This document shows, in pieces, positions 35,627-45,291 of a stretch of DNA of 64,000 nucleotides (position 1 is its first letter; every line of letters starts with the position of its first letter). Where the stretch lies: positions 1,866 through 65,865 of the forward strand of contig DASXDM010000001.1 in assembly GCA_036490655.1 (NCBI GenBank), read 5' to 3'. Made by a program: the position numbers and the translations under genes. The DNA comes from Verrucomicrobiia bacterium. GTDB lineage: Bacteria > Verrucomicrobiota > Verrucomicrobiia > Limisphaerales > UBA11358. The notes under the pieces were generated by a model that did not search any database, was not told the DNA's origin, and saw nothing but the letters and a program-made list of their open reading frames with translations.

Positions 35627-37912
35627 ATGAATAACAAAAAGCACTTCATCCTGCGTGCGTTTATCTTCGCCGCCTTTGCGCTGGGAATGGTTCTGACCGC
35701 CGGCGCCGCACCCGTTATCGCCAGGCCCGGGACCGGCGCGCCGGTGAGGGTCACTGACAATGGCGCTTTCTGGACGCTCGATAACGGCATCGTCAAGGCG
35801 ACGATCAACAAGACCAGCGGCGTAATGACTTCGCTCGATTATCACGGCCTCAATACCATGGCCGGAGGCGGTGATTGGGAGGAAACCCCGGCGAATGCGC
35901 CACAATTGACGGATACGGTCACCATCGACCCGGCATCGAACGGGGGCGCGCGCGCCGAGGTGGCGATCAAGGGTGTCACCGGCGGCACGGTGATGCTGAC
36001 ACCAAGCGCGCCCGGCGGCGGCACTTATTGTAATATTGAGGTCCGCTATGCGCTGGGCCGGGGCGAGAGCGGTATTTACGCCTACGCGATTTTTTCCCAC
36101 CCGACCAATTACCCCGCGATGAGCGTGGGCGAGAGCCGTTACATCACCAGGCTCAACCACACGTTTGATTGGATCTCGGTGGATGCCGACCGGAACATGC
36201 TGGAATGCACGCCGGAGGATTGGGGCAACGGCGTGGTGATCCATGCGAAAGAACAGCGCATTTTGAGCACCGGCAATTACAAAAATTCCGTCGAGCATAA
36301 ATACAGTTACACGGCGGTCCAGTTCAAGGTGCCCGCGTTCGGCTGGTCGAGCACCGCGCAGCATGTCGGCGTCTGGTTCATCAACCCGACGATCGAGTAT
36401 TTGAGTGGCGGCGCTTCCAAACAGGAATTGGTCTGCCATTTTGATGCCAACGACGATCCCGACCCGATCATCCTCGATTACTGGCGCAGCACGCATTTTG
36501 GCGGCGCGCAATGCAACATCGCCGCGGGCGAAAACTGGAGCAAGGTCATCGGCCCGATCTTCGTGTATGTCAATTCGTTGTCCCGCTACGAGACGCCAGG
36601 CACGAACGACCTGGAGACGCTGGCCGCCACCGCCGGCAATCCGACGGTGCCGCCCGCGTGGAAGGACAACGCCACCGCTTTGTGGCAGGACGCGCTTCGC
36701 CAGGCCAAAGTGGAAACAGCCAGGTGGCCTTATGACTGGGTGAACGGCGTGGATTATCCGCATAAAGACGAGCGCGGCACCGTGACCGGGCAGCTCGTGC
36801 TCGACGATCCGCAGGCGAAAACGACCCGACTGCCCAACCTCACCGTTGGCCTGGCCCATGCCGATTACACCAACACTTTTGTCCGGGGCGGTGGATTTCG
36901 TTTTGGCGGCACCAACGGATTTGGCGGAAGACGGGGCAGGTCTGGCGGGACGAACGGTTTTGGCGGCGGACGCTTTGGCTTCGGCGGCACGAATGGATTT
37001 GGCAGGTTTGGGGGGACCAACGGGTTTGGCCGCTTTGGCTTCAACCGGATGGTGGATTGGGAGCATGACGCGAAGTTCTACGAATTCTGGAACAGCGGCA
37101 GCAGCGACGGCAAGTTCACCCTTCCCAACGTCCGGCCCGGCACTTACACGCTCCATGCGTTTGCCGACGGCGTGCTCGGCGAATATGAGGCGACCAACAT
37201 TGTGGTGGAAGCGGGCAAAACGCTGGACCTGGGCACGTTGGATTGGAAACCCGTGCGTTACGGCCGGCAGATCTGGGAGATCGGCTATCCCGACCGCACC
37301 GGCGGCAAATTCTTCAAGGGCGACGGCGCGGATTACTGGCTTTGGGGTTGGCCGTTGCGTTATCCGCTCCTGTTCCCGGATGACCTTACCTACACCATCG
37401 GCCAGAGCGATTATCGCAAAGACTGGTTCTTCGAAGAAGTGCCGCACGGGACCAATGATTTCTTTATCAATCCTGAGGCGAAAGATCCCGCCAACCAGCG
37501 CTTCGGCTGGATCAAAACCGGCACGCCGGGCGAAGATATGTGGGAAACTGTCGGCCGTGGCCGCGCAACGACCTGGACCATCAAGTTCAACCTGCCCACG
37601 GCGGAAAAGGGCAGGGCAACGCTGCGGGTGGCGCTCGCGGGTGCCAATGAATTTGGAGGATTGACCGTGGCTGTGAATGGCCAAAACGTGGGAACTATCC
37701 GGCCCATCTCCACCGACGCTATCCGCTATAACACCGACAAGAGCCAATGGCAGGAGTGCGACCAGGCATTTGATGCCACCCTGCTGAAGCAGGGTGAAAA
37801 TGAAATGCAACTCACCGTGCCCGCAGGAGAAGTCACCAGCGGCGTTGTTTATGATTACCTGCGTTTGGAAGTTGACGAGAATCAGGGCGCGCCGACCGGC
37901 GTTTCCAATTAA
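35627..37912 (+). CDS. rhamnogalacturonan lyase-like protein (polysaccharide lyase family 4)
   Basis: Signal peptide. TLDNGIVKATINKTSGVMTSLDYHG near the N-terminus and GTYTLHAFADGVLGEY...LDWKPVRYGRQIWEIGYPDRTGGKF, typical of PL4. Carries a Gly/Phe/Arg repeat insertion. Confidence 0.6.
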   Translation: MNNKKHFILRAFIFAAFALGMVLTAGAAPVIARPGTGAPVRVTDNGAFWTLDNGIVKATINKTSGVMTSLDYHGLNTMAGGGDWEETPANAPQLTDTVTIDPASNGGARAEVAIKGVTGGTVMLTPSAPGGGTYCNIEVRYALGRGESGIYAYAIFSHPTNYPAMSVGESRYITRLNHTFDWISVDADRNMLECTPEDWGNGVVIHAKEQRILSTGNYKNSVEHKYSYTAVQFKVPAFGWSSTAQHVGVWFINPTIEYLSGGASKQELVCHFDANDDPDPIILDYWRSTHFGGAQCNIAAGENWSKVIGPIFVYVNSLSRYETPGTNDLETLAATAGNPTVPPAWKDNATALWQDALRQAKVETARWPYDWVNGVDYPHKDERGTVTGQLVLDDPQAKTTRLPNLTVGLAHADYTNTFVRGGGFRFGGTNGFGGRRGRSGGTNGFGGGRFGFGGTNGFGRFGGTNGFGRFGFNRMVDWEHDAKFYEFWNSGSSDGKFTLPNVRPGTYTLHAFADGVLGEYEATNIVVEAGKTLDLGTLDWKPVRYGRQIWEIGYPDRTGGKFFKGDGADYWLWGWPLRYPLLFPDDLTYTIGQSDYRKDWFFEEVPHGTNDFFINPEAKDPANQRFGWIKTGTPGEDMWETVGRGRATTWTIKFNLPTAEKGRATLRVALAGANEFGGLTVAVNGQNVGTIRPISTDAIRYNTDKSQWQECDQAFDATLLKQGENEMQLTVPAGEVTSGVVYDYLRLEVDENQGAPTGVSN
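36884..37042 (+). repeat. in-frame coding repeat: four GGTNGFG units in an RG/FG-rich tract
   Basis: Encodes RGGGFRFGGTNGFGGRRGRSGGTNGFGGGRFGFGGTNGFGRFGGTNGFGRFGF. The units use different synonymous codons. Confidence 0.85.
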
Positions 37913-37918
37913 ACGCAG

Positions 37919-37940
37919 GGCGGGCAGTCCTCTGCCCGCC
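37919..37940. terminator. hairpin between convergent genes (possible bidirectional terminator)
   Basis: 9-bp GC-rich stem ggcgggcag/ctgcccgcc with loop tcct. The U-tract is weak on both strands. Confidence 0.45.
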
Positions 37941-37992
37941 GCGAATTAGTGAGGTGTGCGACTTCCACAACGGCGCGCAACGGAGTGCCGCC

Positions 37993-39207
37993 CTACCTTG
38001 CGTCGTTGGCGGCGTTCATCACCGCATTGAACGCCGGCTTGGGCTGGTCGTTGGCGTCGAAGAGCAGGGGATGGCCGCGGGCGAGCCAGGAGACGCCGTC
38101 GTTCGCGCCCCAGAAGGTCACGACTTTCACGGACTTATGTTTTTCGAATGCGCGGAAGAGATTCGAATAGGCGTCGGATTGCCGTTGGTCGGCGTTGCTG
38201 ACCATACCGCCCTGGGTGGATGAGGCGCTGGCAGCGATATCGCCACTGGTGTTGCGCTGGCCGCGTTGCGAGCCGTTGACGTCGAGTTCAGTGATGTGAA
38301 TAGGCAGGCCGAGGGTATCCAGGTCGGTCAGTTCGTGGTCGATCGTGTCAAATTTTGCCGCGCCGACACCGACGTGGGTTTGTGTGCCGATGGCCATGAC
38401 CGGAACGTGTTGCGCCTGGAGCGTCTGGATGAGGGTGATGAATTTTTGGCGTTTCACGGGGTCTTCCAATCCATAGTCGTTGTAACGCAGAATCGCGTCG
38501 GGGTCGGCTTCGTGGGCGTATTCAAAGGCTTTGGCGATGAAATCCGGCCCGATGATCTGGTACCAAAGCGAGTTCCGATAGATGTTGGTGCCGCGATCGG
38601 CGACGGCCTCGTTCACCACGTCCCAGACCTGGATCTTGCCTTTGTACCGGCCGACAACGGTGAGGATATGGTCGTGCATCCGCTGGAGTAATTCGTCGCG
38701 GGAGCAACGCGGCCCGCTGTACATGGAACTGCCGGCGACAAAGCCCGGTCCGGAACGGGGACCAGTATCGGCGCCCGACGGCGGCGGGTTGGTGCCTTCG
38801 AAAACCCAATTGGGCGTTTGGTTATGCCAGACAAGGTTGTGTCCCACGATATACATGTGGTTTGCCAATCCGAAGTTCACATAAGCATCAGCGCCGGCGA
38901 AGTCGTAGCCGTCGGGACCGGGTTGCGGCTGGACGAGCGCCCACTTCAGGTCGTTCTCGGGGGAGATCTGGTTGAACTGCGCCTTGACGAGGGCAGTGTC
39001 CTGATCGACTTGCGCCTGGGTGCGGTTGACGTTGTTGGCCTGGACGGCGGTGCCGGTGGCGATGGCGCGATTGATGGCCACGCCGACATAGAAATGATCT
39101 TTGTAAGCGTCCTTCAGGGTGGTGGGCCGGGTGGTGCAACTGGATAACATCGCCGCGGCGGCGAACATGCTGAGGTAAATTGTGAGACGTGGGGTAGGGG
39201 TTTTCAT
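37993..39207 (-). CDS. endo-1,4-beta-xylanase, glycoside hydrolase family 10
   Basis: Signal/lipobox-like N-terminus. HNLVWHNQTPNW, WDVVNEAV (acid/base region) and IHITELDV (nucleophile region). Confidence 0.85.
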   Translation of the reverse strand: MKTPTPRLTIYLSMFAAAAMLSSCTTRPTTLKDAYKDHFYVGVAINRAIATGTAVQANNVNRTQAQVDQDTALVKAQFNQISPENDLKWALVQPQPGPDGYDFAGADAYVNFGLANHMYIVGHNLVWHNQTPNWVFEGTNPPPSGADTGPRSGPGFVAGSSMYSGPRCSRDELLQRMHDHILTVVGRYKGKIQVWDVVNEAVADRGTNIYRNSLWYQIIGPDFIAKAFEYAHEADPDAILRYNDYGLEDPVKRQKFITLIQTLQAQHVPVMAIGTQTHVGVGAAKFDTIDHELTDLDTLGLPIHITELDVNGSQRGQRNTSGDIAASASSTQGGMVSNADQRQSDAYSNLFRAFEKHKSVKVVTFWGANDGVSWLARGHPLLFDANDQPKPAFNAVMNAANDAR

Positions 39208-39214
39208 TTAAAGG

Positions 39215-41212
39215 TTAAGGTTCAATGGATGCGGTTGGGCCGAAAGCCATATATGAGTGCGGCAGGATGGTGATCTTGAATGTGGTGCGCGGCGGCGTGA
39301 CTGGCGGGGGCGGGCCGAATCCACCGAAGCGGCCAAAGCCGCGATCGGTTGCCGGCGCGGGGGAGATCGTCTCGCCGGTCGATAGATTACGGATTCCTTT
39401 GACGGTGCCGGCCACGGAGACGGTGATCCCGGCGGTGGTCGGCAGGTAGTTTTGCACGATGAATGTGTTGTTGTCGTAACGGAACAACGACACCTGGGCA
39501 GGGGCGTTATCGATGCGGACAGGTTCAGCCGAACCGAGCGTGGAGCGGATGACGCTCAGGGCATTGGTCGGCAGGCAATAGAGATCAGCCGGATCATTGG
39601 GAACGGTCAACACGTACAATTTGCCTTTGGAGTAGTCGCAGGAAAGCAGGATCGGGTAGGTGGTGCCGCCGGGAGAAATGCCCAGGACATCGCCCCATGC
39701 GTCGTGGGTCAGGATGTTGAAATATTTGATCTCGGGAATGAGGATATCGTGCTGGTCTCCATAGGGGCCGGGTTCGACGAGTTGAGGGATCATGTTCCGT
39801 CCGCGGAACGGCGAGCCGGGTCCGGACGCAAAACTAAACCGGTCCACAGACACAGTAGCCCCGGTCGTTTCGAGTTCGCAGATGTCTTCGAGGCCCTTGC
39901 CCTGCATCGCGCGCAGGAAACCCGAAGTCACGCAGACTGATTTGCCCGCTTCGAGTTGTTGTTTGATCTTGTGGATGATGTCGGGATCAAACTTTGCCTG
40001 TTCGGTGAGCAGCACCATGTCGGCGTCAGCGGGAAAGTGCGGCACAATGTCCATGGGCAGGCCGATCATGCCCAGATAATCATGGAGGAATTCTTCGCCG
40101 GTGGCGTGGTAGGGTGTGTACGCCTTGATGCCCACCGGTTTGCCGACCTGGGCCAGCACCGGGTCAATCTGTTTCAACGTATATCCGGCCACGTCGGCAA
40201 AGGTGATGTTGTCGCTGTTGGGATCGACAGTTTTTTGGACGTCGGCCAGGTTGAGGCTGGTCGGCATATCGGACCACGGGCGATTGGTGGCGTTGCCGAA
40301 CCGGATGTTGAAGAGCATGCCGGAGTAATTGAAGCAGCACATCTCCGGGCAGCGCGAGAAAACGGTATCCAGAAGTTCCTCGGAATAACGGTCGATCGGA
40401 TTGGCGCCGCCCTGGTCCACCCAACCGCCTTTGTTCACCCCCGGTTGAAGATTATCCATGAACCGCATGATATCGTAGCTGAGATAGGGCTGAAGGTGTT
40501 GTTCCTGTCCGACCCAAAGACGCGATTCGGTGCCGGAGAAGATGCCGTCGGCGAGGAGGGGGACTTTTTCAGTATCATTGCCCATGCCGGCATATTGGTC
40601 GTACCAATTGGCCATCTTGATGACGACTTTGCATTTGGGATTGACCGCTTTGGCGGGTCCGACGATGAGGTCCTTCACGACTTCACGCATGGTGTCCAGG
40701 CGGTATTGGGTCCAGGTCCGGCTGCCTTTGGCCTTGATATCGTAGTCGGTCTTGCGATCGAAGAAGAAATAATCATCGAGCAGGATCTCATCGAAATGGC
40801 GCGCGGCCATCTCGACGGCTTTTTTTGCGAAGGCGCGGTTTTCCGGGTCGGCGTAATCGAAGCCCTGGTAGCCATGAGTTTCGGTGACGCTAAAGGCCAG
40901 GCCGCCGCAGACCTGCACGCCCTGGGCCTGGTAGAACTTCTTCAGCTTTTCCAGGCCGGCTTCATCCACCAGCGTATGATTGCGCATGACCTCGATATAA
41001 ATTTTGTCGACCTTGAGATTGCGCGTGATGTTCGACCATGATCCAGCGGGATCGAGGGTGCCGTTCATGAGGTTCGAGACGGTGCCCTCAGTCGCGTAGG
41101 TGGAGACGATAAAACTTTTATAGTTGCCCTGGCCCCGGGCGGTGGTGGCCAGCACTGCCACGGCCAGGGAAATGGCCAGCGCCAGGATTTGTTTTTTCTT
41201 GATTGGAATCAT
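39215..41212 (-). CDS. hypothetical secreted protein (possibly a glycoside-hydrolase-like TIM barrel)
   Basis: Signal peptide from the ATG at 41212. No family recognised with confidence. C-terminal DRGFGRFGGFGPPPP tract. Lies among CAZyme genes. Confidence 0.4.
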   Translation of the reverse strand: MIPIKKKQILALAISLAVAVLATTARGQGNYKSFIVSTYATEGTVSNLMNGTLDPAGSWSNITRNLKVDKIYIEVMRNHTLVDEAGLEKLKKFYQAQGVQVCGGLAFSVTETHGYQGFDYADPENRAFAKKAVEMAARHFDEILLDDYFFFDRKTDYDIKAKGSRTWTQYRLDTMREVVKDLIVGPAKAVNPKCKVVIKMANWYDQYAGMGNDTEKVPLLADGIFSGTESRLWVGQEQHLQPYLSYDIMRFMDNLQPGVNKGGWVDQGGANPIDRYSEELLDTVFSRCPEMCCFNYSGMLFNIRFGNATNRPWSDMPTSLNLADVQKTVDPNSDNITFADVAGYTLKQIDPVLAQVGKPVGIKAYTPYHATGEEFLHDYLGMIGLPMDIVPHFPADADMVLLTEQAKFDPDIIHKIKQQLEAGKSVCVTSGFLRAMQGKGLEDICELETTGATVSVDRFSFASGPGSPFRGRNMIPQLVEPGPYGDQHDILIPEIKYFNILTHDAWGDVLGISPGGTTYPILLSCDYSKGKLYVLTVPNDPADLYCLPTNALSVIRSTLGSAEPVRIDNAPAQVSLFRYDNNTFIVQNYLPTTAGITVSVAGTVKGIRNLSTGETISPAPATDRGFGRFGGFGPPPPVTPPRTTFKITILPHSYMAFGPTASIEP

Positions 41213-41295
41213 GGGGTTTCCCGGTTGGTTGCTTTCTACATTGCGTTCAAGCGAATCAGTGAACAATATTACGCGCGCAAAGCCAGTAAATCTTG

Positions 41296-42090
41296 ATGAA
41301 CAATTCTCTGATTAACAAAGTCCTCGGCGCCATTCCCCACCGTTTGCAACTGGCGGGTGGATGGATCGACCAGCCGTTTGTTTCCCGCCGCAATCCCAGG
41401 CCGCCGGGCGCCATGGTGGTGGCGCAAATCGAACCTGATTTCCGGCCGATGGACCGTTCAGGTCTCGCGAGCGGCACCCGCGTGACCGCCATGAAATTGT
41501 GGAAGGGCAAATTGCCCCACCGCCCACTCGATGAATTGGTGCGCGAACTGTACGAGGCCGAGAATAAGGGCCAGTCCGAACCAAGCGGTTCGCAGGACAT
41601 GATCGGCTTGATTTATCCGGGCATGAACCGGCTGGACTACGACTACCGGATTCACGGCGGCGTGTTTCCAGCGCACATTAAATCCTGCAACAGCGCGAGG
41701 GTTGCGCGGTGGTTGAGCAAAATTTTATATCTGATACCCGTTGAGCCGCGTCCCGATGGGTACAACCCGCTGGGAGTCAAAAATCTTGATCCAAAATGGG
41801 TCGCCCGGCTCGGCCAATCGGGCCACGACTGCTACGAGGCGATTGTCCGGATGGATGCCGGGGCGCTCGGCGCATCGTTCAATCTGAACATGAAATGCTG
41901 GGAGACACTTCTTCCGCGCGTTGTGCGCCATCCGCTCTTGCGCGTGGATTTGATGCCGCTGCTTGCGGCATACCAGAGGCAATATCCCGGCGCGATGTTC
42001 TCAGGCTGCGGCGGCGGTTATCTCATCGTCGTTTCAAACAAGCCTGTGCCTGGCGCATTCCAGGTAAATATCCGGGTGGCCAGGAAATGA
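41296..42090 (+). CDS. GHMP-kinase-like sugar kinase (short form)
   Basis: DRSGLASGTRV (motif II-like) and FSGCGGGYLIVVS (motif III-like). Its stop overlaps the next start as ATGA. Confidence 0.45.
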   Translation: MNNSLINKVLGAIPHRLQLAGGWIDQPFVSRRNPRPPGAMVVAQIEPDFRPMDRSGLASGTRVTAMKLWKGKLPHRPLDELVRELYEAENKGQSEPSGSQDMIGLIYPGMNRLDYDYRIHGGVFPAHIKSCNSARVARWLSKILYLIPVEPRPDGYNPLGVKNLDPKWVARLGQSGHDCYEAIVRMDAGALGASFNLNMKCWETLLPRVVRHPLLRVDLMPLLAAYQRQYPGAMFSGCGGGYLIVVSNKPVPGAFQVNIRVARK

Positions 42091-42905
42091 GCGTAAAAAA
42101 ACAAGTCGTCGTCTCGGGCGCGTTTGACGACATCAAATCGCGCGACCTGCGTTTTCTCCAGGAAGCCGCATGGCTCGGCGCGCTCACCGTCGTGCTTTGG
42201 CCGGATGAAATGCTGAAAAAATTGAAAGGCCACGCGCCGAAATTTCCCTTTGCGGAGCGGCTCTATTTTCTGAACGCGCTTCGTTATGTCAGCCGGGTGA
42301 TTGAAGCCAATGGCCAGGCAGGCGTTGATGTGTTGCCGATAAACCTGCAGGCGGACCTTTGGGCGGACATTGAGGCTATGGCCAATTCGGCCCGCGAAAA
42401 ATATGCGGCCGAAAACAAAATTGCTTATCGCATCTTCGGGACAAGCGAGTTGCAGGGCTTTCCCGAACCGCCGTCGTTGCCCGCCACGTCCGGACAGAAA
42501 AAAGTCATCATCACGGGAAGCTACGACTGGTTTCATTCCGGCCACGTCCGTTTTTTGGAGGAAGCCAGCACTTATGGCGATCTATATGCAGTGGTCGGTC
42601 ATGATGCGAACATCCGGCTGCTCAAGGGTGAGGGGCATCCGCTGATTCCGCAGGAGGAGCGGCGTTATATGGTCGGCTCCATCAAGTTCGTGAAGGAGGC
42701 GCTGGTCTCCACGGGCACCGGCTGGCTTGATGCCGATCCGGAGATCAAACGATTGAAACCGGACATTTATGCGGTGAACGAAGACGGTGACAAGGGCGGC
42801 AAGCGTGAATACTGCCAACAAATGGGCATCGAATATCTTGTCCTTAAGCGCGTGCCGGCCCCCGGATTGCCCGCGCGCAGCAGCACCCATTTGCGCGGCT
42901 TTTGA
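42087..42905 (+). CDS. tandem cytidylyltransferase-fold (CTP_transf_like) nucleotidyltransferase
   Basis: Two repeats: VVVSGAFDDIKSRDLRFLQEAA and VIITGSYDWFHSGHVRFLEEASTYGDLYAVVGHD (HxGH-type motif). Start at the ATG at 42087, not the long upstream ORF extension. Confidence 0.6.
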   Translation: MSVKKQVVVSGAFDDIKSRDLRFLQEAAWLGALTVVLWPDEMLKKLKGHAPKFPFAERLYFLNALRYVSRVIEANGQAGVDVLPINLQADLWADIEAMANSAREKYAAENKIAYRIFGTSELQGFPEPPSLPATSGQKKVIITGSYDWFHSGHVRFLEEASTYGDLYAVVGHDANIRLLKGEGHPLIPQEERRYMVGSIKFVKEALVSTGTGWLDADPEIKRLKPDIYAVNEDGDKGGKREYCQQMGIEYLVLKRVPAPGLPARSSTHLRGF

Positions 42906-43056
42906 TGCGGTATTTCTTCAAATGCTCCAGTCGTTTCATAATCAGATAATTCTCTATTCCGTAATGAGGCCTTTTGTGCGAAGATGACAACACGTTCCTG
43001 AAAGAAGAAAACATCGCATAGCCGTTTTGCCGAGAATTTTTAACCAACCTGATCAT

Positions 43057-43779
43057 ATGAAATACTCTCTCGCACTTGCCCTTGGATTACTGGCCGCCGG
43101 TTCGGCCGTTGCCGACACCAACACTGTGGCCAGCGTCAATGCAGCAGTGGCCAAGCTGGATGCCGCTGCAAATTATAGTTGGACCGTCAACATCCAGCTT
43201 CCCAAATCGCAGTTCACGCCATCACCCGTCAACGGCGTGACGGAAAAGGGCGGCTATTCGATGGTATCAGAAGACATCAATGGCGATACACTGCAAGCTG
43301 TGTTCAAAGGCGACAAAGCGGCCATCAAGGGCCAGGATGATTGGCAATCGCTGGCCCAGGCGGACGATCAGACCGCAATGATGGGCGGCTTTTTGGTCAA
43401 TCCCGGAACAGCCGCAACCGAGGTTGCAAAAATTCTTAAGGATGCCGGTGACTTGTCCGCCGACACGAACGGCGTGATCAGCGGTAACTTCACCGATGCC
43501 GGCGCTACCGACCAGATGACTTTTCGGGGCCGGAACGGCAACACGCCTCCGCCACCCAAGAACGCGAAAGGTTCGCTAAAATTCTGGCTCAATCCCGACG
43601 GGAGCCTCGCCAAGTTCGAAACGCATCTCGATGCCCAGGTCGCGTTCGGCCAGGACCAGGATCCGCAGGATTTTGAGGCCATCCGAACCGTTGAGATTCA
43701 TGATGTGGGGACCACCAAAGTGACTGTGCCGGATGGCGCCATGAAGGCGCTCGAGGCTAAAGCTGCTCCGGCAAAATAG
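43057..43779 (+). CDS. hypothetical secreted protein
   Basis: Signal peptide MKYSLALALGLLAAGSAVA. No family recognised. Confidence 0.45.
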   Translation: MKYSLALALGLLAAGSAVADTNTVASVNAAVAKLDAAANYSWTVNIQLPKSQFTPSPVNGVTEKGGYSMVSEDINGDTLQAVFKGDKAAIKGQDDWQSLAQADDQTAMMGGFLVNPGTAATEVAKILKDAGDLSADTNGVISGNFTDAGATDQMTFRGRNGNTPPPPKNAKGSLKFWLNPDGSLAKFETHLDAQVAFGQDQDPQDFEAIRTVEIHDVGTTKVTVPDGAMKALEAKAAPAK

Positions 43780-43896
43780 CCCGTGACGAATGACGGTGGG
43801 GAATTAAACGTGAAGAGCGGTTTAAGATTAGGATTAGGATTAAGGAAAAGGGAAAGGGTTGGAGACCCATTCTATGTTTAGAAAGGTCATTCAATT

Positions 43897-45180
43897 TCAA
43901 TGCGTTGCATAACCGCCATTGGCGCTCCAGGTCAGGGTGGTAGTTTTCGTAGGCGCTGACTCTCCTGCCGCCTCGTTTGGATGCGCGACAAAATTCGTCG
44001 TGACTGGTTCGTAGATGCCGGACATCAGGCGGCCCACCGGATTTCCATAATATCGCCGGCCCATATTGTAGGGATAGATCGGTTTGCCATTCGCGTCGAT
44101 CGTCGTGAAATAAGCATACGTGCCATTTGGAAATTCCGGCGTCACACACCAGCGCCCGTTGTATTCATCTAAATCAAAATCTCGTCCTTGCGTTTTGCCG
44201 AGGTCGCCCAGATACGCATAATCTTCCATGTAATGACCCAGCGGATATCGCTGGCTCACTCCGGGGCCGGTTTCGTTGTCGGGTAATGCCACAGGCATGT
44301 TCATTTCACGCGAATCCCAAAGGGGCAGGGTATGGCGGCCCGTCTGCGGCAGATTGTCCGTTCCGTTTTGCCCATCACGCAACATGTAACCGGAGACCAT
44401 CCGGCGCAAACCACTCGCGGAGTTCGTGGGATTGGAATATCCATAAGGGCCATAGACCGGATAACCGTCCTGCATCCAGCCCAGGATGGGTGAATGTTTC
44501 ATCACCGGGATTGTACTTTCATGGTACGTTTTGGTGTTCGCGTCAAAATCCACATGGTCGCCGAGCAGGTAACGCAGCGCGATGGGTTCGGCGTGATAAT
44601 GATAACGGCCCCAGTTTTGTTGATGCCCATAGGCGGCATCAAACGTCGGGCTTTCATTGACGAATGCGTCACGGTTCCAGATCTGGTCGCCATGTCCGAT
44701 GCCTGCGCGCGGGTCGGCGTCCTCACTGTTTTTATGCGAGTAGGAGAAAGCGTCACCCGAATCAAACATCCGCACGCCGTCAACGAACATCCCGATCTCG
44801 CCCAAATGATCGAAGCGATTTCCTGTTTGCGGTTTGGGATTGCGTGGAAAGGCGAAGATGAAATGCTGGTCGGTGGGGAGATTGGGGAACCAGCCGTGCT
44901 GCCAGGGACCCATCACCTGGCTGCCGAGGCCGGTGCTGCGCACATAGATCCAGTTGGCAGATGACAGGATTTCCTGCACGCCGCTATCCGCCGGTTGGGA
45001 CTGGCTTAATCTCCCATTACTCCACGTCGTGACCGAGTGGCCGGAATCTTTGTCGGCGTCCGTGCGGTAGATCCGGGCGAAATTGCCCGAATCGACTGTG
45101 AACCAGGAAGTGATTTGCGGGTCGGCAACCGCGCCGGTGGCGGAGGCCGCGAGCATGAGCGAGGCGAGGATCGTTTTCAT
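43897..45180 (-). CDS. YHYH domain-containing secreted protein
   Basis: Signal peptide. GRYHYHAEP motif and other His-rich conserved blocks. Confidence 0.65.
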   Translation of the reverse strand: MKTILASLMLAASATGAVADPQITSWFTVDSGNFARIYRTDADKDSGHSVTTWSNGRLSQSQPADSGVQEILSSANWIYVRSTGLGSQVMGPWQHGWFPNLPTDQHFIFAFPRNPKPQTGNRFDHLGEIGMFVDGVRMFDSGDAFSYSHKNSEDADPRAGIGHGDQIWNRDAFVNESPTFDAAYGHQQNWGRYHYHAEPIALRYLLGDHVDFDANTKTYHESTIPVMKHSPILGWMQDGYPVYGPYGYSNPTNSASGLRRMVSGYMLRDGQNGTDNLPQTGRHTLPLWDSREMNMPVALPDNETGPGVSQRYPLGHYMEDYAYLGDLGKTQGRDFDLDEYNGRWCVTPEFPNGTYAYFTTIDANGKPIYPYNMGRRYYGNPVGRLMSGIYEPVTTNFVAHPNEAAGESAPTKTTTLTWSANGGYATH

Positions 45181-45291
45181 GCCCGCAATCTAGCGGAGCG
45201 CACATTAAGTTAGGATTAAGTCGATTGAAGAACAGCCCCGCCAATATCAAAGCTGTTAACTCCAGCATCAATTAGGAGTTATCATTTGTTG

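Noticed and set aside
35609-37810. 733-aa ORF antisense to the PL4 lyase gene. Similar long antisense or shadow ORFs occur at 1298-2371, 17033-18205, 18341-19225, 24944-25816, 39956-41041, 31607-32284 and elsewhere.
   Set aside because: They lie in high-GC regions where stop codons are rare in off-frames. Their products are Arg/Ala/Gly/Pro-rich low-complexity sequence with no motifs. The opposite-strand frames carry clear family signatures.
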